Part shown: piece by piece, positions 9,164 to 17,793 of the stretch
Layout of the letters: each line of letters starts with the position of its first letter
How positions within the stretch are numbered: position 1 is the stretch's first letter
Origin: Candidatus Heimdallarchaeota archaeon
GTDB lineage: Archaea > Asgardarchaeota > Heimdallarchaeia > Hodarchaeales > Hodarchaeaceae
DNA length: 26,295 nucleotides
Direction: 5' to 3'
NCBI GenBank assembly: GCA_048881705.1
Contig: JBHLSH010000055.1
Span: forward strand, 1 to 26,295
Made by a program: the position numbers and the translations under genes
Notes under the pieces: generated by a model
Databases searched by the model: none
Seen by the model: only the letters and a program-made list of their open reading frames with translations
Told to the model about the DNA's origin: nothing

Positions 9164-9303
9164 TAGTATTAGTAAACCGGAACTTGATTTATATCATTTT
9201 ATGAAAATAATAGCTCATATTGGTATGAAGTGTATTTATATCTTTCGAGGACATCATTATTACGGTATAAAGCAGATAATATCGTGGTCTTTGGTGAAAT
9301 ACT

Positions 9304-10647
9304 TTGTCAATTGAAACAGAAATGGGACCAAACTATGAGATTAAAAACCTGTCACTGAAAGATGACGGATTGAACACCATGGCATGGGCTGCGGGTCGCA
9401 TGCCTGTTCTTCAGCTAATTAAAAACCGATTTGAATCAGAGAGGCCGTTTAAGGGGGTCAGAATTGGCGCCTGCTTACATGTCACAAAGGAAACGTCTCA
9501 GTTGTGTGAGGCATGGTTAGCTGGCGGTGCAGAAGTACACTTGTGTGCATCTAACCCGCTTTCAACTCAGGATGAAATAGCTGCCGCTCTCGTTGAGAAA
9601 GGTGTCCATGTGTACGCTTGGAAGTATATGGACAACGAAGGCTATTATCGAGCCATCGGTCATGTTATCAAAGCCCGCCCTCATATCACGATCGATGATG
9701 GAGCTGACCTGGTTGGGACGCTACACAAGCTGAAACGGGGCGAAAGCGGTGAGGAGATTGATGTCGTAAAAACTGTGATAGGAGAAGAAACGGGTTTTCT
9801 TGAAAGCGTCTGGGCAGGTGCCGAAGAAACAACAACTGGAATCATTCGACTCAAGGCCATGGCAGATGATGGGGCTCTTCTCTATCCTATTTTAGCCACC
9901 AACGAATCCCCGAGCAAAAATTTATTTGACAATGTTTATGGAACGGGACAGTCAAGTATCGATGGTATTCTCCGTGCTACAGCTGATCTGATTGCATCCA
10001 AGGTTTTTGTAGTGGCTGGGTATGGCCATTGCGGGAAAGGGGTAGCTATGAGAGCCAAGGGGATGGGGGCCCGTCGGGTCATTGTGACCGAAATCGAACC
10101 CCATGCGGCTCTTCAGGCGGTAATGGAAGGAATGGAAGTCATGCCGATGCATGAAGCGGCTAAAATCGCAGATATCATTATCACTGCGACTGGATGCAAA
10201 GACGTGGTTCGTAAAGAGCACTTTGAGGTCATGAAAGATGGAATAACTGTTTCTAATACAGGGCATTTTAATGTAGAGATTAATATTCCTGTATTAGAAG
10301 AAATGGCTACAAAAAAAATACGCATTCGCCCGTTTGTGGATCAGTATACCTTAAAAAATGGCCATAGGATCAACCTACTTGGTGAAGGCCGTTTGATTAA
10401 TCTGGCTGCTGCGGAAGGTCATCCACCCAGCGTGATGGACCTTTCATTCGCCTTGCAAGCGTTAGCCACTGAACACATAGTGCAAAATAAGGATCAACTA
10501 GTTACCATCGGTGGAAAGGTTGTAGAAATCCCTGAGGACATTGATAACACGGTAGCTCGATTAAAGTGTCAAGCATTAGGGATCAAATTGGAAGAATTAA
10601 CTCCAGAACAGGAAAAGTATTTAGCAAGCTGGCGTGTCGGAACCTAG
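9304..10647 (+). CDS. ahcY: S-adenosylhomocysteine hydrolase
   Basis: GACLHVTKET, SNPLSTQD, DDGADL, EETTTG, KNLFDNVYGTGQS, GYGHCGKG, GRLINLAAAEGHP; TTG start. Confidence 0.98.
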   Translation: MSIETEMGPNYEIKNLSLKDDGLNTMAWAAGRMPVLQLIKNRFESERPFKGVRIGACLHVTKETSQLCEAWLAGGAEVHLCASNPLSTQDEIAAALVEKGVHVYAWKYMDNEGYYRAIGHVIKARPHITIDDGADLVGTLHKLKRGESGEEIDVVKTVIGEETGFLESVWAGAEETTTGIIRLKAMADDGALLYPILATNESPSKNLFDNVYGTGQSSIDGILRATADLIASKVFVVAGYGHCGKGVAMRAKGMGARRVIVTEIEPHAALQAVMEGMEVMPMHEAAKIADIIITATGCKDVVRKEHFEVMKDGITVSNTGHFNVEINIPVLEEMATKKIRIRPFVDQYTLKNGHRINLLGEGRLINLAAAEGHPPSVMDLSFALQALATEHIVQNKDQLVTIGGKVVEIPEDIDNTVARLKCQALGIKLEELTPEQEKYLASWRVGT

Positions 10648-10876
10648 ATACCTTTGTTTGGTCTTCTTAAACCCATCTTTGTACCTATGGTTATTGGACT
10701 TCCCTAGAGACAATTTATGCCCTGATAAAAGGATTCTTGGTGAATAGGGAGCATCCAATAAAGTTTATCCCCTTTTGGGATTGTTCATTCGGTAACAATA
10801 TGCCCCGTTCACAAGATTTTAAAATCAAAGAAGGACCCATCAATTGGATCTGGGGTGAAAATAGATTTCCGTTCTT

Positions 10877-11344
10877 TTGTCACAATCTGATTCAGGGGAA
10901 TTTCCAGCCAATTTAAAGGTATTAAGCTTTGTAACGATGGGATTTGCAACATTGGCCCTATTGATAGGAGTACCATTATTTATCGCTAATTTTGATTTGC
11001 CTACATTCGCAAATGTAGAGTTTGATACGTTAGAGCATTTTGATTTAAGTTTCAGATATTTGTTACGATTCGCTGGGATGGTAGGAAGTATTGTGGGTGG
11101 ATTCGCCCTGGTTGCCAGTGTGTTGACGCTTCTGAGAAGTCGATTAGGTTGGTTAATGCTAGTATTTCTCTATTTGGCAGGTACATGCGGATGCCTCTAC
11201 CTACTAGCGTTGTTTGTCGATTTAACAACTAGATATACTATACCTTTGCCTACATATCCCGTAGTTGGTCTATTCTTCGGAGTTGTCAGTCTTGGCATTC
11301 TGATGAATAGAACCAGTAGGAATTTCATTTTTGAGACTGCTTAG
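10877..11344 (+). CDS. Hypothetical membrane protein (about 4 TM segments)
   Basis: Four hydrophobic stretches; TTG start; no recognised family motif. Confidence 0.7.
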   Translation: MSQSDSGEFPANLKVLSFVTMGFATLALLIGVPLFIANFDLPTFANVEFDTLEHFDLSFRYLLRFAGMVGSIVGGFALVASVLTLLRSRLGWLMLVFLYLAGTCGCLYLLALFVDLTTRYTIPLPTYPVVGLFFGVVSLGILMNRTSRNFIFETA

Positions 11345-11614
11345 GACAATACGGAATTCTGAATTTCTTTTTCCCTCTGGGCATATGATACCCGTCTTAT
11401 AGATGATCTGGGATTGCCATTCATTGCCCTCTATATGAAACGATGGCAAAACCAGGCATTAATCATCTATCTTGCCGATAGTAATCTAGCTAATCCTAGA
11501 ACTTCTTGAGCGTGGTGGGTTTTGTGGTTAATATCCTAGATTATGTCGGATACGAATCTGTTGTCACAGATATTTCGGACATATATTCTAGAATTAATAA
11601 GAAAATAACTTGGA

Positions 11615-11848
11615 ATGTCCTCTCTTTGCGCTTTTAAGGGACGAGTTATCCCTTGTGATCAGAAAGGATGCGGAACTTATGTGCCATCAGGATCAATCGG
11701 ATATTTCTTTGGAAGCTATATGCAAATTCCTCAATTACCAAGGTGTAATTTATGTTCGTGCGATCCCAGACATTTCTCTCCCCGAATCACCAATGGCTCA
11801 CCATACTGTTTCACAATCTGGTGCGCTTTCAATTTCCTAATTGAATGA
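11615..11848 (+). CDS. Small Cys-rich hypothetical protein
   Basis: 77 aa, 8 Cys (including C-x4-C, C-x2-C-x-C and C-x4-C); ATG start after an AT-rich promoter-like stretch. Confidence 0.45.
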   Translation: MSSLCAFKGRVIPCDQKGCGTYVPSGSIGYFFGSYMQIPQLPRCNLCSCDPRHFSPRITNGSPYCFTIWCAFNFLIE

Positions 11849-11930
11849 TTATCAAAAGATAATTTAACTTGGCAGGGGATCCTATTTAGTTGTACTTCGT
11901 TATTCCATGAATTTCCTCTAATATATCGAC

Positions 11931-12791
11931 CTACTTTGGATTATGGGAGATTAAGGCTCCTATTGTATCCAATGTGAACTGAAATAGGGCTGCCTTTGAT
12001 CGTGCGGAAATTAAATGGTTTATCAGGGTATTTCGAAAATCCTGAACCGATTTCTCGTCATAATGAAACTGAATGTGGGGATATTGAATGTATTCCAAAA
12101 CTAGATATTCTGCAGGGGATGGTGCAGGTTTTTTTATTGAGGGATGGATTGGAGAAGATTCAGGATTTAGGAGCGCATGTATCTCCGTATCGTTTCGCTG
12201 ACCATTGATTAGCTCGATCAAAAAACCGACAATACGACGTACTTGTTGCCATAAAAACGATTTTGCAACTAATCGAATTTGATAGACCGAGTTTGTCACC
12301 ATTTTCATTTCGATCTTTTCAATTGTTCGAGAAAAATTGACGTGGGGTCTTTTAGGATCTTTTTTCGCGAAATTCTGAAAATTGTGATGCCCCTGAAAAT
12401 TTTGAAGGATAGGCTGTAGTTTAATAACGGCATTGTTTATTTCGGTATTAAAAAAATACGAATACGTTCGTAAAGAAGCATCCCGTCTGGGATCAAAGGA
12501 AAGAGGAACTGGGGTAGTCCCTAGCACCCGTATATCCTTGGGGAGGTAGGCATTAACTTCGCTGAGTATAGGTGGTCTAGTGGTATCAAACGTGATGACC
12601 TGATGGATGGCCCCAACACCTCTATCGGTTCTACTTGCAAATTGTACCGAGGGGGGCATACGGGCTTTCTCGAGAGCGACACGTACCTTTGTAAGGATAT
12701 TATCTGAGTCATGAATCTGCCCACTGAATCCGGAATAGTGTAAAACTGGTAAGTAACCCACACAAAGGGCGTACCTGGTCAATTTGACCAT
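11931..12791 (-). CDS. truA: tRNA pseudouridine(38-40) synthase
   Basis: YSGFSGQ, ASRTDRGVGA (catalytic Asp), FDPRRDA..RTYSY, GHHNFQNF, SFLWQQVRRIVG. Confidence 0.95.
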   Translation of the reverse strand: MVKLTRYALCVGYLPVLHYSGFSGQIHDSDNILTKVRVALEKARMPPSVQFASRTDRGVGAIHQVITFDTTRPPILSEVNAYLPKDIRVLGTTPVPLSFDPRRDASLRTYSYFFNTEINNAVIKLQPILQNFQGHHNFQNFAKKDPKRPHVNFSRTIEKIEMKMVTNSVYQIRLVAKSFLWQQVRRIVGFLIELINGQRNDTEIHALLNPESSPIHPSIKKPAPSPAEYLVLEYIQYPHIQFHYDEKSVQDFRNTLINHLISARSKAALFQFTLDTIGALISHNPK

Positions 12792-13900
12792 AGTTCTTGT
12801 CCCCGCATCTCATCAGTCCTTTGTTGGATGGTTTGTTGAATTTGCATCTTGTGTTTGTGAAAAAATTCTATAATAAGTCTAGTTACGTATTTGGGGTCAG
12901 ATGAGATTGATATTAAAGGAGGAAATCCAGTATGCGGGAAGGTTTTTTGCCAATATTCCTCGAAATTCATCTGATCAGTGTCCTCTAAACGATCTGCTTT
13001 GGTTCCTAATACGATAATAGGAATCTTAAATTCTTGAAAGACCTGTTCCAGTAGATTTCGCTGGGCCTCTAGTGCATCCTGTTGTGTAAAATCAAATAGA
13101 AATATCATTGCGGTCGCTAATGTCTTCATTGCGGCGATTGCACGAAGTTCAATTTCATTTCGGTCTTTCAGAGGTCGATCTAGAATTCCTGGTGTGTCGA
13201 CCAGCTGAGCATCGAGATGTATGGCGGGTGATTTTCCTTCGAGGTGTAATGGGATTTCCAAATGCCCTAATGTAACTTCCTTTGTTGTGAATGGATAGGC
13301 TCCGATTTCAGGGCTAGCAGCGGTGATACCTTTGACCAAGGAGCTTTTTCCTACATTAGGATATCCTACTACGCAAAATGTGGGAAGATTGAGATCGATT
13401 CCAGGCATAGAACGCATTTGTCCTCTAACGGTCTCTAGAAAATGTAGGCGTTTATCCAACTTCTGAACTACCGAACGTATTCGCCCAAATGCTGCCCGAC
13501 GAACAATCTTGGTTTCCAAAACAGAACGGGCGTGCCATACCTGTCCAAGATGCTGACGCCTTATACGCCAAACGACATTGGCCGCCCCTGAAAGTGATCC
13601 CAATGTCTTACGGAGATTATCCACGCCAAAACTGATATCCAAAATCTCGAAATAAAATCCCGTAATAGATTGAGCCTCTAATCGAGGGAATTCAGAGACA
13701 ATCTGGAAAAGACGAGAACGAATTTCCTTTGAAAACTGCTCAATGCGGGCAGCTTCCATTTTACGAGATCGTTGTAGGGGAGGAACCGATTCAGAAACCC
13801 CTCTTACGGATTTCTTCATTGCTTGAGTTTCTGCCTTTGAATACAGTTGTTTTGCTGTGGGTATATTGACAATGGCGCGAAATGGGTTTGTAGAGGGCAT
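12779..13900 (-). CDS. NOG1-like (Obg superfamily) GTP-binding protein
   Basis: Helical N-domain; GYPNVGKSS, YPFTTK, DTPGILDRP..RNEIE, TKAD. Confidence 0.95.
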   Translation of the reverse strand: MPSTNPFRAIVNIPTAKQLYSKAETQAMKKSVRGVSESVPPLQRSRKMEAARIEQFSKEIRSRLFQIVSEFPRLEAQSITGFYFEILDISFGVDNLRKTLGSLSGAANVVWRIRRQHLGQVWHARSVLETKIVRRAAFGRIRSVVQKLDKRLHFLETVRGQMRSMPGIDLNLPTFCVVGYPNVGKSSLVKGITAASPEIGAYPFTTKEVTLGHLEIPLHLEGKSPAIHLDAQLVDTPGILDRPLKDRNEIELRAIAAMKTLATAMIFLFDFTQQDALEAQRNLLEQVFQEFKIPIIVLGTKADRLEDTDQMNFEEYWQKTFPHTGFPPLISISSDPKYVTRLIIEFFHKHKMQIQQTIQQRTDEMRGQELWSN

Positions 13901-13903
13901 TAG

Positions 13904-14428
13904 TCAATCCCTCGAGGAAATAATTTCGTTCAGTCGACGGATGCCATTTAGAGACTTAATTACCTTAACCACAGCTGAGGGGAGAAATCGTTCCCATTCG
14001 TAATTTTTCATCATACATTCACGAATGCGCGTCCCTTGGAGTTGCTTCCGATTAAAATCTCCTGTGGGTTTGACAAGAATGCCTGCTTCGGTGAACAACC
14101 GCTTCATAAGGGGATTATTCGAGTAGGCAATGTCGAAAGGTGGACAATAGCTTCGTAAGTGTTCGACATATAAAGAATAATAATGGATATCTGGGACAGT
14201 TACAATATAAATCCGATCTAACGGGACATGGGCCTCCTTCAATGCCTCTTTGATCATGAGAATGCGTTCTCCTGCTGTAAATGGATTGGAAAAGGTATGT
14301 GACTCTTGGGTACTTCCCACGACGATGATTAACTCCTCCACCTGAGTCAAAATTTCTTCTACTGCTCGGAGGTGGCCGAGGTGGAATGGGTTGAATCGGC
14401 CTACAAAAAGAGCCCTCTTTTCGTTCAT
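13904..14428 (-). CDS. nadM: Nicotinamide-nucleotide adenylyltransferase
   Basis: GRFNPFHLGH, GSTQESHTFSNPFTAGER, GTRIR. Confidence 0.95.
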   Translation of the reverse strand: MNEKRALFVGRFNPFHLGHLRAVEEILTQVEELIIVVGSTQESHTFSNPFTAGERILMIKEALKEAHVPLDRIYIVTVPDIHYYSLYVEHLRSYCPPFDIAYSNNPLMKRLFTEAGILVKPTGDFNRKQLQGTRIRECMMKNYEWERFLPSAVVKVIKSLNGIRRLNEIISSRD

Positions 14429-15243
14429 TTGTCTTGGCCTCGCATTCTTGTTCTTTTAAGATCGAGAGCTGAATCAAGAGTCAATTGCCCCAATGCCACT
14501 AATCGAGCAAGTTCCTTATCCAACGTGATTTGGTTTCCTGATTTCTCTCGACTCCTTTTTTGGATTTGGCGGATTCGTCCAGAAGGGACTTCATTACGTA
14601 ATTGATGATCGGTTTTTTTCCCTGGTCTATGTGCAATGGCGGCAGCCGCCGCTGCATCTCGGGGTAACCCAGTACGTTGTGCACCTTTTGGCAAGTTGGT
14701 AAATGATTCTTCTACTATTTCAAAAGATAAACTCTGCCAGTTCCCATAAACCTGGTGCAAATGATTGAAGATTGTTTTCGAAATTGACAATGGCTGGTTC
14801 CCCACTCGAATCACCACTTTTTCACTTGGAAAAGTAGCCAGGTAGTTGTTAATCGTTGTATTGAGTTCTTCAAGATTAACTGTGCTAGCAGACAGAAGCA
14901 TACCATCGCAAATTGCGGCTACTCCGACATGCTCTCCCGGATCCACTCCAATTATCACTTCTTGAAATTTAGGTTCGTGCTTTCTTAGGACAAGGCCTAA
15001 TAGTTGAGAGACCGTATAAGGAGCTAGTTCATCATAAGACAGATGTAAGATGTTTGATTCCCGTTCTCTCAGGATATCACCTGACGATGGATTAGATGTA
15101 CGAATCACCAGATCAAAACGGCTCGGATCTATGGCCTGAGTCGGAAGATAAAATTTGCTCTTGATTGGAAAACGAGATTTCTCAAAGAGTTTGAGTAGTT
15201 TAAAATAAAAACGCATCTCTTCTGTCTGAATGGCGATTCGCAT
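14425..15243 (-). CDS. Conserved hypothetical protein with a YqgF/RuvX-like RNase H-fold domain
   Basis: IIGVDPGEHVGVA, IVEESFT and RDAAAAAAIA resemble the three YqgF-type motifs; stop overlaps the nadM start (ATGA). Confidence 0.65.
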   Translation of the reverse strand: MRIAIQTEEMRFYFKLLKLFEKSRFPIKSKFYLPTQAIDPSRFDLVIRTSNPSSGDILRERESNILHLSYDELAPYTVSQLLGLVLRKHEPKFQEVIIGVDPGEHVGVAAICDGMLLSASTVNLEELNTTINNYLATFPSEKVVIRVGNQPLSISKTIFNHLHQVYGNWQSLSFEIVEESFTNLPKGAQRTGLPRDAAAAAAIAHRPGKKTDHQLRNEVPSGRIRQIQKRSREKSGNQITLDKELARLVALGQLTLDSALDLKRTRMRGQDK

Positions 15244-15369
15244 AATAATTTAAGCACCAATAGCTAGGATAGTCCGGATATGAGAAGATTTGAGTCTGAT
15301 TTAGAAACATTTGAGCCAAGCAAATTAATTAATCGAACCTCCTTGGGATTTGAAAAGGAAGTTTAATCC

Positions 15370-15990
15370 GTGCAAAACAGATTAGTGGAGCTATTACGAA
15401 AGCAACGTACTACCATTCAGATATGGGGGCAGCCTGGGACATACAAAACTACTCTTCTATTACAAGTGATCCGTCAGATGATCAAAAAGGGTGCCAGAGT
15501 CTATTTACTTGATATCAGCGGCAATTTTCCTATTGTCAGGCTTCAATTGCAGAAACATCTTCTGGAAAAGGTAGTGGTATTCCATCCAAAGACTATTGAA
15601 GAAGAAGCCCTAGCCTTAGATGATCTAGCTATTACTCGCATTCCACCAAATTCCGTTCTATTGATTGATGATATATTTCGAAAGGCACACCGAAAAAGTC
15701 CCGAACAGGGGTATTTTCCATCATTAATCCTAACTTTGATAAAAAACCTCGCTAAAACACTCAAATTTCCCGTTTTGATTACGAATCAAGCACGCGGATC
15801 TATTGAGACTGATTCTGTCTACCCTTTGTTTCACAAATTGGTTCTCAATTATCTTGATTGGCACGTTCTGTTTGAAAAAGAAAAAGGTTCCAGTATTCTC
15901 CAAGTAACGATCTTTGAGAAAGATCAATATTTGTCCCAACAGGAATACTCCATTGATCCTTCTGGCCTCATCAAAGGAATTGATTTTTGA
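15370..15990 (+). CDS. RadA/RadB-like RecA-fold paralog without an N-terminal HhH domain
   Basis: Walker A GQPGTYKTT, Walker B LLIDD, ITNQ motif; 206 aa; GTG start. Confidence 0.8.
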   Translation: MQNRLVELLRKQRTTIQIWGQPGTYKTTLLLQVIRQMIKKGARVYLLDISGNFPIVRLQLQKHLLEKVVVFHPKTIEEEALALDDLAITRIPPNSVLLIDDIFRKAHRKSPEQGYFPSLILTLIKNLAKTLKFPVLITNQARGSIETDSVYPLFHKLVLNYLDWHVLFEKEKGSSILQVTIFEKDQYLSQQEYSIDPSGLIKGIDF

Positions 15991-16004
15991 AAAATGTATT
16001 CTGC

Positions 16005-17792
16005 TTAAATTCTTCGTACTTTTCGGAGCATTTCATGATGATTGACTCGAAAGAACGTGGGGCGCCCGTGTGCACATATGTGTGGGTTTTCAACCTTTGC
16101 CAAATCAGACAAAAGCCTTTTGGCCTGGGGAAATGACAAAGTCTCACCTACACGATGAGCTGAATGGCAGGCAATGAGATTTAACACTTCTTGGAGTTGT
16201 TTTTGAACAATCTGGGGCATTTCAGTCTCAAGGAGCTCTGTTAAAAACTTCTGAAGATCAGCTTTAGCTAGGAGCTTAGGTATTGCATGTACTTCTATCA
16301 TCCGTGACTTTCCCTTGGGTATCCTTAAATCAAACCCCAAAGAAGATAGTTCGGAAATAGCGTTTTTTGCCATGTCAAGTTGGTAAGACTGTATTCGAAA
16401 GTTAAAGGGTTTAAGGAAGGTCTGGGCCACAATTTTTCCCGTTTTATGGCTCTGGATAAGTTTTTCGAGATTTATACGCTCATCTGCGGCATGGAAATCC
16501 AGAATAATCAAATCATGGTGTGTAAGATCCTCAAGTAGAATGAACTCCTTCCCAAGATGACCCCGAAACTTCACATCTGAACCAAAGAGGGATCTTGAGT
16601 CGGAAACGATATTCTTTCCTGAAATCGCAGAAATAAATGCCTCTGTCCTTTCTGGAGCCATCACTAGCTCAGAATGTTTGTATTCTGGGTAGATAGTATC
16701 TTCTTCTCCGGATTTTACGGTTGTGATGTCCAAATTAGATGTTTGAAGTTTTCCAGAAGTCTTTGGCTCGGATGGGGTAAGATTGGGGACAATGTCCGCG
16801 CTCCTAAAGCTGAGGGAAATAGATGAGCTAATCACAGTCTTTAGGTTATTTTCATCGAAAAAAAGTACCTCCCGTTTTTGCGGATGGATATTTACGTCGA
16901 ATCCCCTTTCCATCTCCAAGAACAGATACGCTATTGGAAACTCACTTTTCATCAGATATGCCCCACACCCCTCTTCCAAGGCTGATTGGATTAGTTCCGA
17001 GATAATAGGCCGCCCATTCAAGTAAAAATATTGAAATCTCCGGTTTCGACGATGGAAACCTGGTTTACTCACATATCCATGCAAAGTTATACCATTTCGT
17101 TGAGAAATTCCAATATCTATGAGAGAATTGGCGATTTCTGAGCCGAACGCTGCCTGAATCGCAGGTAGATGTGAATGTTGCCCTTTAATGGTTTGAAACT
17201 CCACTTCATCTTCAGAAACCAAAGTAAACACGATTTTGGGATGGGCCACCGCATATCTGGCACATACATCATAGATGTACCCCTGCTCTATTGAGGCTTT
17301 TTTCAGAAATTTCCTGCGTACAATAAAATTATGAAACAGGTCTCGGACGCGAATAAGGGTACCAGGTGAAGCCATCACGCTTTCTGTGATTTGATAAATT
17401 CCGACGTCCCCATTACACGACAAAGTAGTTGCTAGCTCATCGTTTGGTGTTCGACTTGTAATAGAAAGTCGTGAAACCGAGGCAATAGAATAGAGAGCCT
17501 CTCCACGAAAACCCATTGTAGCAATAAAATCTAAATCGTTTTCTGATTGAATTTTACTAGTTGTATGACGATGAATTGACAAAGGGAGGTCTTTTGGAGT
17601 AATTCCGTGACCGTTGTCTCGTATTTCTATTAGATCCTTCCCGCCGTTCTTTATTGCGATTCTTATCTCATTGGCTCCCGCATCTATGGCGTTTTCCAAC
17701 AGTTCCTTAACTACACTGGCCGGCCTCTCGATAACTTCCCCCGCCGCGATTTTTGAAATGCAAACGGCATCGAGAGTCCTGATTCGAGCCAT
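16005..17792 (-). CDS. mutL: DNA mismatch repair endonuclease MutL
   Basis: IAAGEVIERPASVVKELLENAIDAG, DNGHG, GFRGEAL, DVNIHPQKREV; C-terminal DFHAADERINLE, ACH and CAHGRP. Confidence 0.97.
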   Translation of the reverse strand: MARIRTLDAVCISKIAAGEVIERPASVVKELLENAIDAGANEIRIAIKNGGKDLIEIRDNGHGITPKDLPLSIHRHTTSKIQSENDLDFIATMGFRGEALYSIASVSRLSITSRTPNDELATTLSCNGDVGIYQITESVMASPGTLIRVRDLFHNFIVRRKFLKKASIEQGYIYDVCARYAVAHPKIVFTLVSEDEVEFQTIKGQHSHLPAIQAAFGSEIANSLIDIGISQRNGITLHGYVSKPGFHRRNRRFQYFYLNGRPIISELIQSALEEGCGAYLMKSEFPIAYLFLEMERGFDVNIHPQKREVLFFDENNLKTVISSSISLSFRSADIVPNLTPSEPKTSGKLQTSNLDITTVKSGEEDTIYPEYKHSELVMAPERTEAFISAISGKNIVSDSRSLFGSDVKFRGHLGKEFILLEDLTHHDLIILDFHAADERINLEKLIQSHKTGKIVAQTFLKPFNFRIQSYQLDMAKNAISELSSLGFDLRIPKGKSRMIEVHAIPKLLAKADLQKFLTELLETEMPQIVQKQLQEVLNLIACHSAHRVGETLSFPQAKRLLSDLAKVENPHICAHGRPTFFRVNHHEMLRKVRRI

Positions 17793-17793
17793 A

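Noticed and set aside
11846-11930. Selenocysteine readthrough of the TGA ending the Cys-rich ORF, with nearby hairpins as SECIS
   Set aside because: The hairpins are upstream and lack SECIS core motifs, and the TGA is not in a redox-like motif.
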